This document shows, one piece after another, positions 43,121-52,868 of a stretch of DNA of 64,000 nucleotides. Within the stretch, counting starts at the first letter, position 1; the number at the start of each line of letters is the position of its first letter. The DNA lies in the NCBI GenBank assembly GCA_041389545.1, contig JAWKRQ010000039.1, positions 1 through 64,000 of the forward strand. The letters run 5' to 3'. Below the pieces are notes generated by a model, which worked only from the letters and a program-made list of their open reading frames with translations, was not told where the DNA came from and searched no databases. The position numbers and the translations under genes are program-made. Source of the DNA: Myxococcota bacterium (GTDB lineage: Bacteria > Myxococcota_A > UBA796 > GCA-2862545).

Positions 43121-43884
43121 CCGCGCTCGACGGGCGGCCGGTCGTCGGCCAGGAGCAGATCGATGGCGGGCGGATCCTCGAGCAGCGCGAGGCCGAGCCG
43201 CTCCCGCACGGCCTCGGCCGGCCGCAGCGCCCGCAGGCCGAGCCGCACGGCCCCGCGCGCCTCGGGCTCCAGCACCCGCAGCAGCCGCCAGGTGTCCATG
43301 CAGCTCGTGCGCCGGGCCAGGATCTGCGCCGCCAGCGCGAAGCCCAGGTGGTCGACGGGCAGCGCGTCGCGCCCGCCGACCCCCGTGACGGGCGGCGAGC
43401 AGGCGAGGTTCGCCGTGAACAGCCCGAAGCCCAGGTAGACGGTGGTGAGGGCTGCGAGCGGCTCGATGGTGCCCGGCTCCCCGGGCATGCCGTGCACCGC
43501 GCGCCACCCGCGCGCCACCTCGTGGGCGAGCCCGGCGATCCGCGGCGCCCCGCCGGCCTCGAGGCCGCTGACCGCGCAGCCGAACCGGAGCGTGGCGCCG
43601 TCGAGCCCGGCGAACCAGGCCCCGCGCTGCGCCGGCACCTGCGGCACGATCTCCACGCGCGTCTCGAGCCGCACGCTGACCCCGCCGAGCCCGGCGTACT
43701 TCAGCATGCGGCCGAGCAGCCGCTGCAGCGACCCGGCGTCGCCCGACCAGGGCTCGGGGAACTCCTCGACCGTCGGCCGGCGGATCCGCGCCCGCACCAG
43801 CTGGCGGTCGCCGCCCGCGCCCACCAGCCGCCGCAGCTCGTCGAGCAGCCAGGCGCGATCGGGGGGCGGTGGGAGGCGGGCCAT
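43117..43884 (-). CDS. Hypothetical protein
   Basis: 255-aa ORF with normal composition (MARLPPPPDRAWLLDELRRLVG...). Confidence 0.45.
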   Translation of the reverse strand: MARLPPPPDRAWLLDELRRLVGAGGDRQLVRARIRRPTVEEFPEPWSGDAGSLQRLLGRMLKYAGLGGVSVRLETRVEIVPQVPAQRGAWFAGLDGATLRFGCAVSGLEAGGAPRIAGLAHEVARGWRAVHGMPGEPGTIEPLAALTTVYLGFGLFTANLACSPPVTGVGGRDALPVDHLGFALAAQILARRTSCMDTWRLLRVLEPEARGAVRLGLRALRPAEAVRERLGLALLEDPPAIDLLLADDRPPVERG

Positions 43885-43920
43885 CGTCTACTGCATACCC
43901 TCTGTCGGCGGTGCGGGGCG

Positions 43921-46900
43921 CTACTTCCCGTACACGACGTCGGAGCCGGTCGGCGCATGCCCGCCCCGGCGCCCGAAGAGCAGGTTCCAGAACCAGTCTC
44001 GCCAGCCGGTGATCATGTCGTAGATCGTCGGGATGACGAGGAGCGTGAGCAGCGTCGACGTGATCACGCCGCCGATGACGGCGATGCCGAGCGGCGCGCG
44101 GAAGTCGGCGCCCTCGCCCGTCCCGAGCGCGACCGGCAGCATGCCGGCCACGATCGCCACGCTGGTCATGACGATCGGCCGCAGCCGGATGCCACCGGCC
44201 TTGACGATGGCGTCCTTGCGGCTCAGCCCCTCCTCCTCCTGCGCCCACTTGGCGAAGTCGATGAGCAGGATGGCGTTCTTCGCCACGATGCCCATCAGCA
44301 GCAGGATCCCGATCATCGACATCAGGTTGACGGTCTGCCCGGTGACGAGCAGGGCGCCCATGACGCCGATGAGCGACAGCGGCAGCGACACCATGATCGC
44401 GATGGGGTCGGTGAAGCTGCCGAACTGCACCACGAGGATGAGGTACATCAGCATCACCGCGACGCCGAGCGCCGCGAGCATCCGCCCGAAGACCTCCTGC
44501 TGGGCCTCCACGTCACCGCCCTGGGCGATCGCGTAGCCCGAGGGCAGGTTCAGCGCGTCGATCTGGTCGCGGATGCCCGACATGACCTCCGACAGCGGCA
44601 GGTTGCGGGCGTTGGCCTGCACCGACACCACGCGGTCGCGGTCGATGTGCTGGATCTGCGCGGGCCCGCGCCCGTTCTGGATGTCGGCCACCTGGCCGAG
44701 CGGGACGGTGCCGGTGCCGCCGGTGGCGGTGGGGACGATGAGCGGCAGCCCCACGAGGTCCTCCGCCCGCTCGCGCGACTCGGGCGCGAACCGGACCTGC
44801 ACGTCGCGCGTCTCGCCCATCGGGTCGACCCAGTCGCCCACGTCGATGCCGGCGAACGCCGGGCGCAGCGCCTGCGCGACCTGCGCCACCGACAGGCCGA
44901 GGCTCGCCGCCAGGTCGCGGTCGAGCGTGACGACGAGCTCCGGGCGCTGGCCGCGGGTCGACAGCCCGACGTCCGCGGCGCCGGGCACCGTGCGGACGCG
45001 GTCGGCGAGGTCCTCCGCGAGCGCCGTGAGCTTGCGCACGTCGGGCCCCGACATCTGCAGCTCGATCTGCTTGCGGGGCCCCATGCCGCCCGCCATCGAC
45101 GCCTCGACCCCGGCGAGGCGGTCCATCGCGTCGACGATGGGGTAGGCGATCTGCGACTGCGACACGTCGCGGTCCTTCTTCGGCAGCAGCTTCACGTAGA
45201 CCGAGGCCTCGTCGACGTTGCTCTGCTGCCCCCCCACGGTGGTGTAGGTGTGGGCGACGCCCTCCCCGCCCATGGCCACGGCGGTGGCCTCGAGCGCCTT
45301 GGCCCGCGTGTACTCGAGGCTCGAGCCCGGCGGCATCAGCAGCTGGACCTGGAACTCCGAGCGGTCCTGGTCGGGGAAGAACGAGGTCCCGACGGTGCCG
45401 GAGATCGGCAGCGCGAGCGCGCCGCCGAACGCGAAGATCACGATGACCACCATGATCGCGCGGTGGTGCACGGCCCAGGAGATGACCGACTCGTAGTTCT
45501 TGGTGCGCCGCTCGAACCACTGGTCGAAGCGGTGGACCCAGCGGGCGACGAACCCGCGCTGCGCGTCGTCGCCCTCCTTCTGCGGGTCGGCCCAGTAGGC
45601 CGAGAGCATCGGATCGAGCGAGAAGCTCACGAACAGCGACACGAGCACGCTCGAGGCGATGGTGAGCGCCATCGGCCCCATCCACTGCTCGGCCATGCTC
45701 CCCATGAACGCGACCGGCACGAACACCACGACGATCGACATCGTGGTGGCGGCCACGGCGAGCCCGATCTCGGCCGTGCCCTCGCGCGCGGCGGTGAGGT
45801 GGTCCTTGCCCATCTCCATGTGGCGGACGATGTTCTCGCGCACCACGATGGCGTCGTCGATGAGGATGCCGATGGCCAGCGACAGGCCGAGCAGCGACAT
45901 CGTGTTCAGCGTGTAGCCGAGCGCCCACACCATGATGAACGAGGCGAGCACGCTCACCGGGAGCGCCAGGCCCGTGATCACGGTGCTGCGCCACGATCCG
46001 AGGAACAGGAACACCACGAGCACGGTGAGCGCTGCGCCCTCGAACAGGGTGGACTGCACGTCGCCCACGGAGTGGCGCACCCGGTCGCCCGAGTTGCGGA
46101 CCACGTCGAGCTGGACTCCCTCCGGGAGGGTCTCCGCGATCTGGTCGACCCGCTCGAGCACGCGGTCGGCCACGTCGGTGGTGCTGGCGGTGGTCGCCTT
46201 GACGATGTCGATGCCGACGGCCTCGTGGCCGTCGAACATGGCGAGGGAGCGGGCCTCCTCGCTGCCGGCGCGCACCGAGGCCACGTCGCCCAGGCGCACG
46301 AGCCCGCCGCCCGCGCCGCGGACGGTGATGGCCTCGAAGTCCTCGGGCTTGTCGAGCCGGCCCTGCAGCCGGATCGTGCGCTCCTCGCGCGAGGTCGTGA
46401 CCCGGCCGACGGGCGCGGCGAGGTTCGCCGACTGCAGCGCCTGCACGACCTGGCCCACGCTGACCCCGGCCGCCTGCAGCGCGTCGGGGTGCAGCTCCAC
46501 GGTCAGCTCGGGCTGGACACCGCCCACGAGCGAGACCTGCGCGACGCCGTTGACCCCCTGCAGCTCGCCCGTGAGCCCCGGATCGGCGATGCGGGTGAGC
46601 TCCTCGGTGCTGTAGCGGTCGGACGACAGCGTCAGCGACACGATCGGCAGGTCGTTCGGGTCGAACCGCGCCAGGATGGGCTCCTCCATCTCCGGCGGGA
46701 GATCCTGGCGGATCTCCGAGATCTTGTCGCGGATGTCCTGCGTGGCCTGCTGCAGGTCCTTCTCGAAGAGGAACTGCACGATGACCACGGCGTAGCTGTC
46801 GAGCGAGGTCGAGGTGATCGTGTCGACCCCGCTGATGGCGCTGATGGCGTCCTCCAGCGGGTCGACGAGCTCGCGCTCCACGGTGGTGGGCGAGGCGCCC

Positions 46901-47055
46901 GGGTACAGCACGCTGACGGCCACGACGGGCGGGTTGATCTGCGGGAACTCGTCGGTCCGCAGGAACACGAGCGCGACGATGCCGAACACCACGAGCGACA
47001 GCATCGTCACGATGGTGACGATGGGCTTGTCGATGGAGAAGTCGCTGATCCACAT
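43921..47055 (-). CDS. RND-family efflux transporter inner-membrane pump (AcrB/CzcA-like), intact
   Basis: 1044 aa with 12 predicted TM segments and two large periplasmic loops. Sequence landmarks: [25 protein letters not shown]..., [12 protein letters not shown]. Confidence 0.85.
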   Translation of the reverse strand: MWISDFSIDKPIVTIVTMLSLVVFGIVALVFLRTDEFPQINPPVVAVSVLYPGASPTTVERELVDPLEDAISAISGVDTITSTSLDSYAVVIVQFLFEKDLQQATQDIRDKISEIRQDLPPEMEEPILARFDPNDLPIVSLTLSSDRYSTEELTRIADPGLTGELQGVNGVAQVSLVGGVQPELTVELHPDALQAAGVSVGQVVQALQSANLAAPVGRVTTSREERTIRLQGRLDKPEDFEAITVRGAGGGLVRLGDVASVRAGSEEARSLAMFDGHEAVGIDIVKATTASTTDVADRVLERVDQIAETLPEGVQLDVVRNSGDRVRHSVGDVQSTLFEGAALTVLVVFLFLGSWRSTVITGLALPVSVLASFIMVWALGYTLNTMSLLGLSLAIGILIDDAIVVRENIVRHMEMGKDHLTAAREGTAEIGLAVAATTMSIVVVFVPVAFMGSMAEQWMGPMALTIASSVLVSLFVSFSLDPMLSAYWADPQKEGDDAQRGFVARWVHRFDQWFERRTKNYESVISWAVHHRAIMVVIVIFAFGGALALPISGTVGTSFFPDQDRSEFQVQLLMPPGSSLEYTRAKALEATAVAMGGEGVAHTYTTVGGQQSNVDEASVYVKLLPKKDRDVSQSQIAYPIVDAMDRLAGVEASMAGGMGPRKQIELQMSGPDVRKLTALAEDLADRVRTVPGAADVGLSTRGQRPELVVTLDRDLAASLGLSVAQVAQALRPAFAGIDVGDWVDPMGETRDVQVRFAPESRERAEDLVGLPLIVPTATGGTGTVPLGQVADIQNGRGPAQIQHIDRDRVVSVQANARNLPLSEVMSGIRDQIDALNLPSGYAIAQGGDVEAQQEVFGRMLAALGVAVMLMYLILVVQFGSFTDPIAIMVSLPLSLIGVMGALLVTGQTVNLMSMIGILLLMGIVAKNAILLIDFAKWAQEEEGLSRKDAIVKAGGIRLRPIVMTSVAIVAGMLPVALGTGEGADFRAPLGIAVIGGVITSTLLTLLVIPTIYDMITGWRDWFWNLLFGRRGGHAPTGSDVVYGK

Positions 47056-47059
47056 GGGC

Positions 47060-48232
47060 TCAGCCCTCCCCGCCGTCGCCGTCGCCGCGCTCGGCCGCGC
47101 GCTGCTGCTCCTGCACGACCGCGGGCGTGCCCGGCGTCAGGTCGCTGGCGGCGCCGAGGACGAGCACGTCGCCCGCCTGCACGCCCGACGTGATCTCCAC
47201 CCGCTCGTCGGCCTCGTCGCGCAGGCCGAGCTCGACGGTGCGGCGCTCGACCTTGCCGTCGGCGAGGACCAGGACGACGGGCTGGGGCCCCGTGACGTCC
47301 ACGGCGTCGGCCGGGGCGACGAGGCCCTCCCGCGCGTGCACGTCGACCCGGCCCTCGGCGAACAGCCCGGCCACCAGCGCGTTCTGCTCGTTGGGCAGCG
47401 AGACCAGCACCGGGATCTGGCGCGACACGGCGTCGACCGCGGGCGCGATCCGCTCGATGGTGCCCTGGAAGTCGCGGCCCGGGTAGCCCTGGACCTCGAA
47501 GTGGACGGTGCTGCCGACCTCCAGCGACCCGACCGCGCTGGCCGGGACGGAGCCCTCGAGCCGCAGCGACGACGGGTCGATGACGGTGAACATCGGCGAG
47601 CCGGGGCTCACCACGTCGCCCGGGTTCACGGCCCGCTCGCTGACGACGCCGGCGATGGGCGACTTCAGCGTGGTGCGCCCGAGCTGCGTGCCCGCCGAGG
47701 CCCGCTGCGCGTGGGAGCTCGACAGCCGCGCCTCGGCGGCCGAGACCTGGCTCTGGGCGACCTCGAGGTCGCGCTGCGACAGCGCGCCGGCCTCGAACAG
47801 GCGCCGGGTGCGCTCGAGGTCGCGCTGGGCGACGTTGAGGTCCTGCTCGGCGGCCCGGACCCCGGCCTCGGCGGAGCGCCACTGGTCGCCCGTGCCGCTG
47901 GCCTCGATCCTGCCCAGCAGCTGCCCCGGCTCGACCTGCTCGCCGAGCTCCACGGCGACCTCGATGACCGAGCCCGACGCCTCGGCGCGCATGACGGCGC
48001 GCTCGGCGGGCTCGAGGGTGCCGGCGAGGCGCGGCCCGCTGGCGATGCGGCCCTCTCGACGGTGACCAGCGTCGCGCGGCGACAGGACGACGGGCTGCGC
48101 AGCCTGCTCGGAGGCCGACCTCGCCCCGCCGGAGCAGGCGACGGGGCCGGCGAGCGACAGCGCGGCGCTGGCGGCGAGCCAGCCCAGCAGCAGGGGGCCT
48201 CGAGAGCGAACGGACGATGACCAGCGGGACAC
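47060..48232 (-). CDS. RND efflux membrane-fusion (periplasmic adaptor) lipoprotein
   Basis: Signal peptide/lipobox LAGPVACSGG. Coiled-coil hairpin AEQDLNVAQRDLERTRRLFEAGALSQRDLEVAQSQ. Beta-barrel and MP domains. Located 5 nt upstream of the RND pump. Confidence 0.8.
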   Translation of the reverse strand: MSRWSSSVRSRGPLLLGWLAASAALSLAGPVACSGGARSASEQAAQPVVLSPRDAGHRREGRIASGPRLAGTLEPAERAVMRAEASGSVIEVAVELGEQVEPGQLLGRIEASGTGDQWRSAEAGVRAAEQDLNVAQRDLERTRRLFEAGALSQRDLEVAQSQVSAAEARLSSSHAQRASAGTQLGRTTLKSPIAGVVSERAVNPGDVVSPGSPMFTVIDPSSLRLEGSVPASAVGSLEVGSTVHFEVQGYPGRDFQGTIERIAPAVDAVSRQIPVLVSLPNEQNALVAGLFAEGRVDVHAREGLVAPADAVDVTGPQPVVLVLADGKVERRTVELGLRDEADERVEITSGVQAGDVLVLGAASDLTPGTPAVVQEQQRAAERGDGDGGEG

Positions 48233-48248
48233 GGGGACCCGGGGCGGC

Positions 48249-49787
48249 TCACCGGCCGGTGAGGGGCAGCGAAGCGACGAGCGCCAGGCGGATCCGCGCG
48301 ACGGCGAGGTCGCGGGCGGCCTGGGCCCGGTTGACCAGGGCGCGCTCGGCCTGCAAGCGCGCGTCGGACAGCTCGAGCTGGGTGGAGACGCCCTCCGAGA
48401 ACCGCAGGTCGGCGATCTGGTAGGCGCGGGTGGCCTGCTCGACGGCGCCTCGGTGGCCTACCTGGGCCAGCGCGGCGTCGAGGTCGGCCTGGATGGTGCG
48501 GGCGTCGAGCTCGGCCAGCTCGGCCGTCTGGTCGAGCTGGACGTGGGCCTTGTCGGCGTCGGCCCGGGCGCGGCGCATCGCGCCGTAGACGCGGCCGCCG
48601 TTGAACAGCGGGACGGTGAGCGCCGCCGAGACGTTGCTGCTCGCGTACCACGGGCGGCCCTCGCCGAGCGGCCACACGGTGTCGGGGAAGCTCACCCAAC
48701 CGATGCTGGCCGAGGCGCCCACCGAGGGAAGCGCGTCGGCGCGGCTCACGGCGACGTTGGCCCGGGCGATGGCCTCGGCCTCCTCGAGCTGCCGCAGCGG
48801 GGCGCGCAGGGTGTCGGGGTCGGCGGCGCCCGCCACATCGGCGACGAGCGCGGGGACGGTCTCGTCGTCGAGGGTGGAGGTGAGCGCGAGCTCGAGGTCG
48901 GGCGGCAGGTCGAGCAGCTGGGCCAGCCGCCAGCGGGCCAGGTCGCGCTGGCGCCGCGCCGAGATGACGGACACCTGCTGGTTCTCGACGGCCACCCGCG
49001 CCCGGAGCGACTCGAACTCGGGCTGGCGGCCGACCTCCTCGCCGAGCTCGGTCTGGTCGAGCGTGGCCTGGGTCTGCTCGAGGGTGTCGGAGGCGATCTC
49101 GTACAGGCGGTCGGCCAGCACGGCGTCGTAGTACGCGCTGGCCGTGTCGAGGGCGACGGAGGCGCGGGCGCTCTCGAGCGCCACGTCGGCCGAGCGGGCG
49201 GCGGCGTCGGAGATGCGGGTCAGCGCGATGGTGCGCCCGCCGCCGAAGACCTGCTGGTTGATGGCGATGGCCGCGCGCCAGGTGTTGGCCTGGCCGAACG
49301 GGAGCGACCCGAAGCCCGAGCCCGACCCCGTCGGTGTGCCCGTGCCCGTGGGGGTGCCCGTGCCCGTGGGGGTGCCGGTGCCGGTCGTCGGCGTGCCCGT
49401 CGTAGGGGTCGTGGTGGTGTTCGTGGAGGTGGTCGGGGTCGTGGGCGTCGGCGGGGTGAGCCCCGTCGGGGTCGCGCCCGTGGGCAGGGTCTGCGGCGCG
49501 AACAGGTCGTCGAACTCGGTGGCCAGCGTGCGCTGGTAGGTGAGCGAGGCCGAGACCTGGGGGAAGAAGCCGCTGCGCGCCGACCAGCGGTCGCCCTCGG
49601 CGCCGCGGACCTCGGCGGCGGCCGACGCCACCGCCTCGCTGGCCTGCTGGGCGCGCCGCAGCGCGTCCTCCAGCGACAGGGCCGCCGCCTCCGGCGCGGG
49701 CGCAGCCGCCGCGGTGGGCTCGGTGGGCTCGGGCTCGGCCGCGGCGGCGAGGGCGGCGAGCAGGGGCAGGACGGACACGGACATCAC
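48249..49787 (-). CDS. TolC-like outer-membrane efflux protein (OMF) with a Thr/Pro/Gly-rich insert
   Basis: 512 aa with a signal peptide. OEP repeats (LSLEDALRRAQ..., YYDAVLA...). An unusual insert is PTGLTPPTPTTPTTSTNTTTTPTTGTPTTGTGTPTGTGTPTGTGTPTGSGSG. Confidence 0.75.
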   Translation of the reverse strand: MMSVSVLPLLAALAAAAEPEPTEPTAAAAPAPEAAALSLEDALRRAQQASEAVASAAAEVRGAEGDRWSARSGFFPQVSASLTYQRTLATEFDDLFAPQTLPTGATPTGLTPPTPTTPTTSTNTTTTPTTGTPTTGTGTPTGTGTPTGTGTPTGSGSGFGSLPFGQANTWRAAIAINQQVFGGGRTIALTRISDAAARSADVALESARASVALDTASAYYDAVLADRLYEIASDTLEQTQATLDQTELGEEVGRQPEFESLRARVAVENQQVSVISARRQRDLARWRLAQLLDLPPDLELALTSTLDDETVPALVADVAGAADPDTLRAPLRQLEEAEAIARANVAVSRADALPSVGASASIGWVSFPDTVWPLGEGRPWYASSNVSAALTVPLFNGGRVYGAMRRARADADKAHVQLDQTAELAELDARTIQADLDAALAQVGHRGAVEQATRAYQIADLRFSEGVSTQLELSDARLQAERALVNRAQAARDLAVARIRLALVASLPLTGR

Positions 49788-50365
49788 GCGCGGCCTCCGG
49801 ACGCGCCGATGGCGCGCAGGAACAGCGGGAGGTAACGATCGGCGATCTGCTCGGGCCGAGGCGGCGCCTCACCGTCCGGCAGCATCGGGCGGGCGACGAC
49901 CTCGCTGAACACCGCGCCCATCAGCATCGTGGCGGCGCCCGCGGGATCGGGCAGCGGGTCGCACAGGCCGGCCGCGGCGAGGCGCTCGAGGTAGGCCGAC
50001 AGCTCGGTGGCGATGCGGCGAGGCCCCTCGTGGGCGCGGGCGCACAGCTTCGGGTGCGCGTCGATCTCGGTGAGCGAGGAGCGGATGAGCAGCCGCACCT
50101 GCGCGAGCTGCGCGGCGTGGACGCACAGCCAGTGGCGCAGCTCGGCCTCGGCGTCGCGCGGCGCCTCGGGCAGCAGGCGCGGCGCCGACGCCTGGCGGCG
50201 GCGCATCGCCTCGGTCAGCAGCTGCTCCTTGCTGCCGAACCGTCTGAAGAGGGTCACCTCGTTCACACCCGCCTCCTCGGCGATCCGGCGGGTGGTGGCG
50301 GCGCGCAGCCCCACTTCCTCGAAGACCCGCATCGCGGCGGCGAGGATCCGGTCGTCGGTGGACAC
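49784..50365 (-). CDS. TetR-family transcriptional regulator of the efflux operon
   Basis: HTH is ATTRRIAEEAGVNEVTLFRRFGSKEQLL. The stop overlaps the TolC start (GTGATG). The start codon is uncertain (GTG at 50365 or later). Confidence 0.65.
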   Translation of the reverse strand: MSTDDRILAAAMRVFEEVGLRAATTRRIAEEAGVNEVTLFRRFGSKEQLLTEAMRRRQASAPRLLPEAPRDAEAELRHWLCVHAAQLAQVRLLIRSSLTEIDAHPKLCARAHEGPRRIATELSAYLERLAAAGLCDPLPDPAGAATMLMGAVFSEVVARPMLPDGEAPPRPEQIADRYLPLFLRAIGASGGRA

Positions 50366-50493
50366 CCCGGGGGCGTAAGCCCGGGACGAGCCGAATGCAA
50401 GTGCCCGCTTGCACCCGCGCCGCTGCCGCGCACGCCGAGCAGACGCCCATCGCGGCGCGCTCCCGCCGGACCTGCCCGTTCGGGGAGCTCGGG

Positions 50494-51789
50494 CTACCGC
50501 GCCCCGCGGAACGGCACCACGCCGGGCAGGTGCTCCGCCGCGTCCACACCCATGTGCTCGAGGATCCCCGCCACCACGTTGTCGTACTTGTTCAGCACGC
50601 CCGCGGCGGTCACCTCGCCCGTATCCAGGTCGACCGGCTGCGACTCGAGGGAGCCGTTGGTCGCGCCCGCGACCCGGCCGCCCCGCACCCCGCCGCCGAT
50701 CCACAGCTGCGACGTGTGCGACCAGTGGTCCTTGCCGGTCTTGTAGTTCCGCCGCGGCGTCCGCGTCATCTCGCTCGCGACGACCACCAGCGTGCGGTCG
50801 AGCAGCCCGTTGCGGTGCAGGTTGTCGCACAGCCGGTTCAGGCTCGTGAAGAACGACTGGAACTGGTCGTGCTGCAGCGCGTTGAGGTCGTGCGTGTCCC
50901 AGCCCTCGACCGAGCTCGCGAGGGTGACCGTGTGGCAGACGCCGCCGAGCAGCAGGTCCACCGCCACGTCGGCCTGCAGGTCGAGCGAGGGCTGGCCCCC
51001 GAGCGACAGCCGCCCGGCGATGGTGTCGGCCTTCTCGATCAGCCGCTGGCGGCGCCCCCAGGACTCCTCGATGTCGGCCACGAGCTGCGCGTCCCGCCCG
51101 CCCGACGCCTCGCCCCAGGCCGCCAGCCGCTTCGCGAGGTGCGCCTGCAGGGCCTCCTCCTCCTCGGAGGTCGGCGAGAACGTGGGCAGCGTGTAGTCCG
51201 CCCACGAGGGCGCGGGGAACGTGGTCCCGTCGTCGAGCAGCGCCTTGAGCTGGCTCGAGTAGCCGATCCGCCCGGTGGTCGCGGCGTACGGCCCGCTGTA
51301 GCCCAGGCCCGAGAAGTCGACCGTGCCGAGCGGCAGGTCCACCGACACCCCGCGGGCCGCGCCGACGATGGTGGCGAAGTCCGCACGGTCGGGGTGCTGG
51401 GTGCCCGTCAGCATGCGGATCCGGCTCGGCTGGTGGACGATGGAGCCCGTCCAGATGCCGTTGACCACGCAGGTCCGGTCGCCCCAGGTCTCGAAGAAGC
51501 CCGTGACCGAGCGCCGCCGCGCGTCGTTGCACTGGACGGGGATCCCGTTGAGGACCCGCACCTCCTCGGTGTCCTCGCCGACGCCGCTGGCGTCGACCCA
51601 GGGGCCGTCGACCGGCCCGCCGTCGACCCGGGGCTTCGGGTCCATGGCGAAGGTCACGTCCCAGCCGCCGTTCGCGAACAGCACGACCAGGAACTCCGCC
51701 CCGCCGCCCGACGCCGCGCCGAGCGCCCCCCGCGGCACCACCGTGGCGGCGGCGCCCCCGAGCAACACGTGACGGCGGGTCAGCGGCAT
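50494..51789 (-). CDS. Tat-secreted DUF1501 family protein (sulfatase/phosphatase-like fold)
   Basis: MPLTRRHVLLGGAAATV (twin-arginine signal). ...TGKDHWSHTSQLWIGGG is characteristic of DUF1501. 431 aa. Confidence 0.55.
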   Translation of the reverse strand: MPLTRRHVLLGGAAATVVPRGALGAASGGGAEFLVVLFANGGWDVTFAMDPKPRVDGGPVDGPWVDASGVGEDTEEVRVLNGIPVQCNDARRRSVTGFFETWGDRTCVVNGIWTGSIVHQPSRIRMLTGTQHPDRADFATIVGAARGVSVDLPLGTVDFSGLGYSGPYAATTGRIGYSSQLKALLDDGTTFPAPSWADYTLPTFSPTSEEEEALQAHLAKRLAAWGEASGGRDAQLVADIEESWGRRQRLIEKADTIAGRLSLGGQPSLDLQADVAVDLLLGGVCHTVTLASSVEGWDTHDLNALQHDQFQSFFTSLNRLCDNLHRNGLLDRTLVVVASEMTRTPRRNYKTGKDHWSHTSQLWIGGGVRGGRVAGATNGSLESQPVDLDTGEVTAAGVLNKYDNVVAGILEHMGVDAAEHLPGVVPFRGAR

Positions 51790-51808
51790 GGTGGCTCCCG
51801 GCTCCCGA

Positions 51809-52804
51809 CTAGGGTCCCGTATCCGTGGTGGTCGTGGTCGTCGTGGTCCCGGCGCCCGAGCCGCCGGTCCCCGTCGTCCCGGTCCCCGTCGTCCCCGTGC
51901 CCGTGCCCGAGCCTCCGGTCCCGGTCGTCCCCGTGGTCCCGGTCCCCGAGCCCCCGGTGGTCCCGGTCGTCCCCGACCCGCCGGTGGTCCCCGTCGTCCC
52001 CGTCCCGGTCGTCGTCCCCGTCCACCCGTCCGGCTCGACCACCATCAGCTGCCCACCCGGCGAGTACACCGCCAGCAGCGGCTCCGCGTCGCGGTACACG
52101 AAGTAGATCGGCACCACCACGCCCGCCCCGGCGTCCGGCACCGCGTAGGTGTAGTCGGCGGCCCCGTCGCGATCGAGGTCGAGCCCCACGTCGCGCGCCC
52201 GCGCCGGGGCGTCGACGGCGGCCTGATCACCGTACGCCAGGTCGGCGGCCATGGACGAGCCGTCGGACAGGTCGATCACGTCGACGGCGCTGCTGCCCGG
52301 CGCCGCGTTCAGCAGCTGGTACCGCACGTCGGTGGCCGCGAGCCCGGCGTCGGAGTCGCGCCCGCCCACGAGGTGGAGGTCCCCGGGCGCGCCGTAGGCG
52401 ACGACGGTGTAGCGCCCGCCGGCCTCGACCTGCAGCGGCATCTGCGGCGAGTCGGCCGTGGGCGGATCCTGGTCCGGCGTCGCGACGAGCGTGCTGTTGC
52501 CGACGGGCGTGCCCTTCCAGGGCGTGCCGTCGATGGCGACGAGCGTGGCGATGGGCGCCATGATGCCCTGCGCGAACAGGTTCACCGTCCCGATCTCGTC
52601 GGCGACGTTGGCGAAGCGCACGTAGCCGCCCTGCGGCCGGTCGGTGTCGGCGTCCGCGTCGGCATCCGCGTCGGCGTCGGCGTCCGCGTCCGCGTCGGCG
52701 TCCCCGGTGACCTGCCCGGTGTCCGCGTCCTTGTCGCCGTTACAGGCCGACGGTGCGACCGCCGCCAGGGCGAAGGCGATCCATGTGCTCGTTGCTGCGC
52801 GCAT
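51809..52804 (-). CDS. Lipoprotein with a (Asp-Ala)n linker and a C-terminal Thr/Gly-rich low-complexity tail
   Basis: Signal/lipobox AAVAPSACNG. DADADADADADADADADADTD. The tail is TGTTTGTGTTGTTGGSGTTGTTGGSG...TTTTTTTTDTGP. Confidence 0.55.
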   Translation of the reverse strand: MRAATSTWIAFALAAVAPSACNGDKDADTGQVTGDADADADADADADADADADTDRPQGGYVRFANVADEIGTVNLFAQGIMAPIATLVAIDGTPWKGTPVGNSTLVATPDQDPPTADSPQMPLQVEAGGRYTVVAYGAPGDLHLVGGRDSDAGLAATDVRYQLLNAAPGSSAVDVIDLSDGSSMAADLAYGDQAAVDAPARARDVGLDLDRDGAADYTYAVPDAGAGVVVPIYFVYRDAEPLLAVYSPGGQLMVVEPDGWTGTTTGTGTTGTTGGSGTTGTTGGSGTGTTGTTGTGGSGTGTGTTGTGTTGTGGSGAGTTTTTTTTDTGP

Positions 52805-52868
52805 CGTACCCCCGTGTTTCTCGACCGCCGACCGACCCGACCCGCGGATCGGCCGGTTAGGATGGCGC

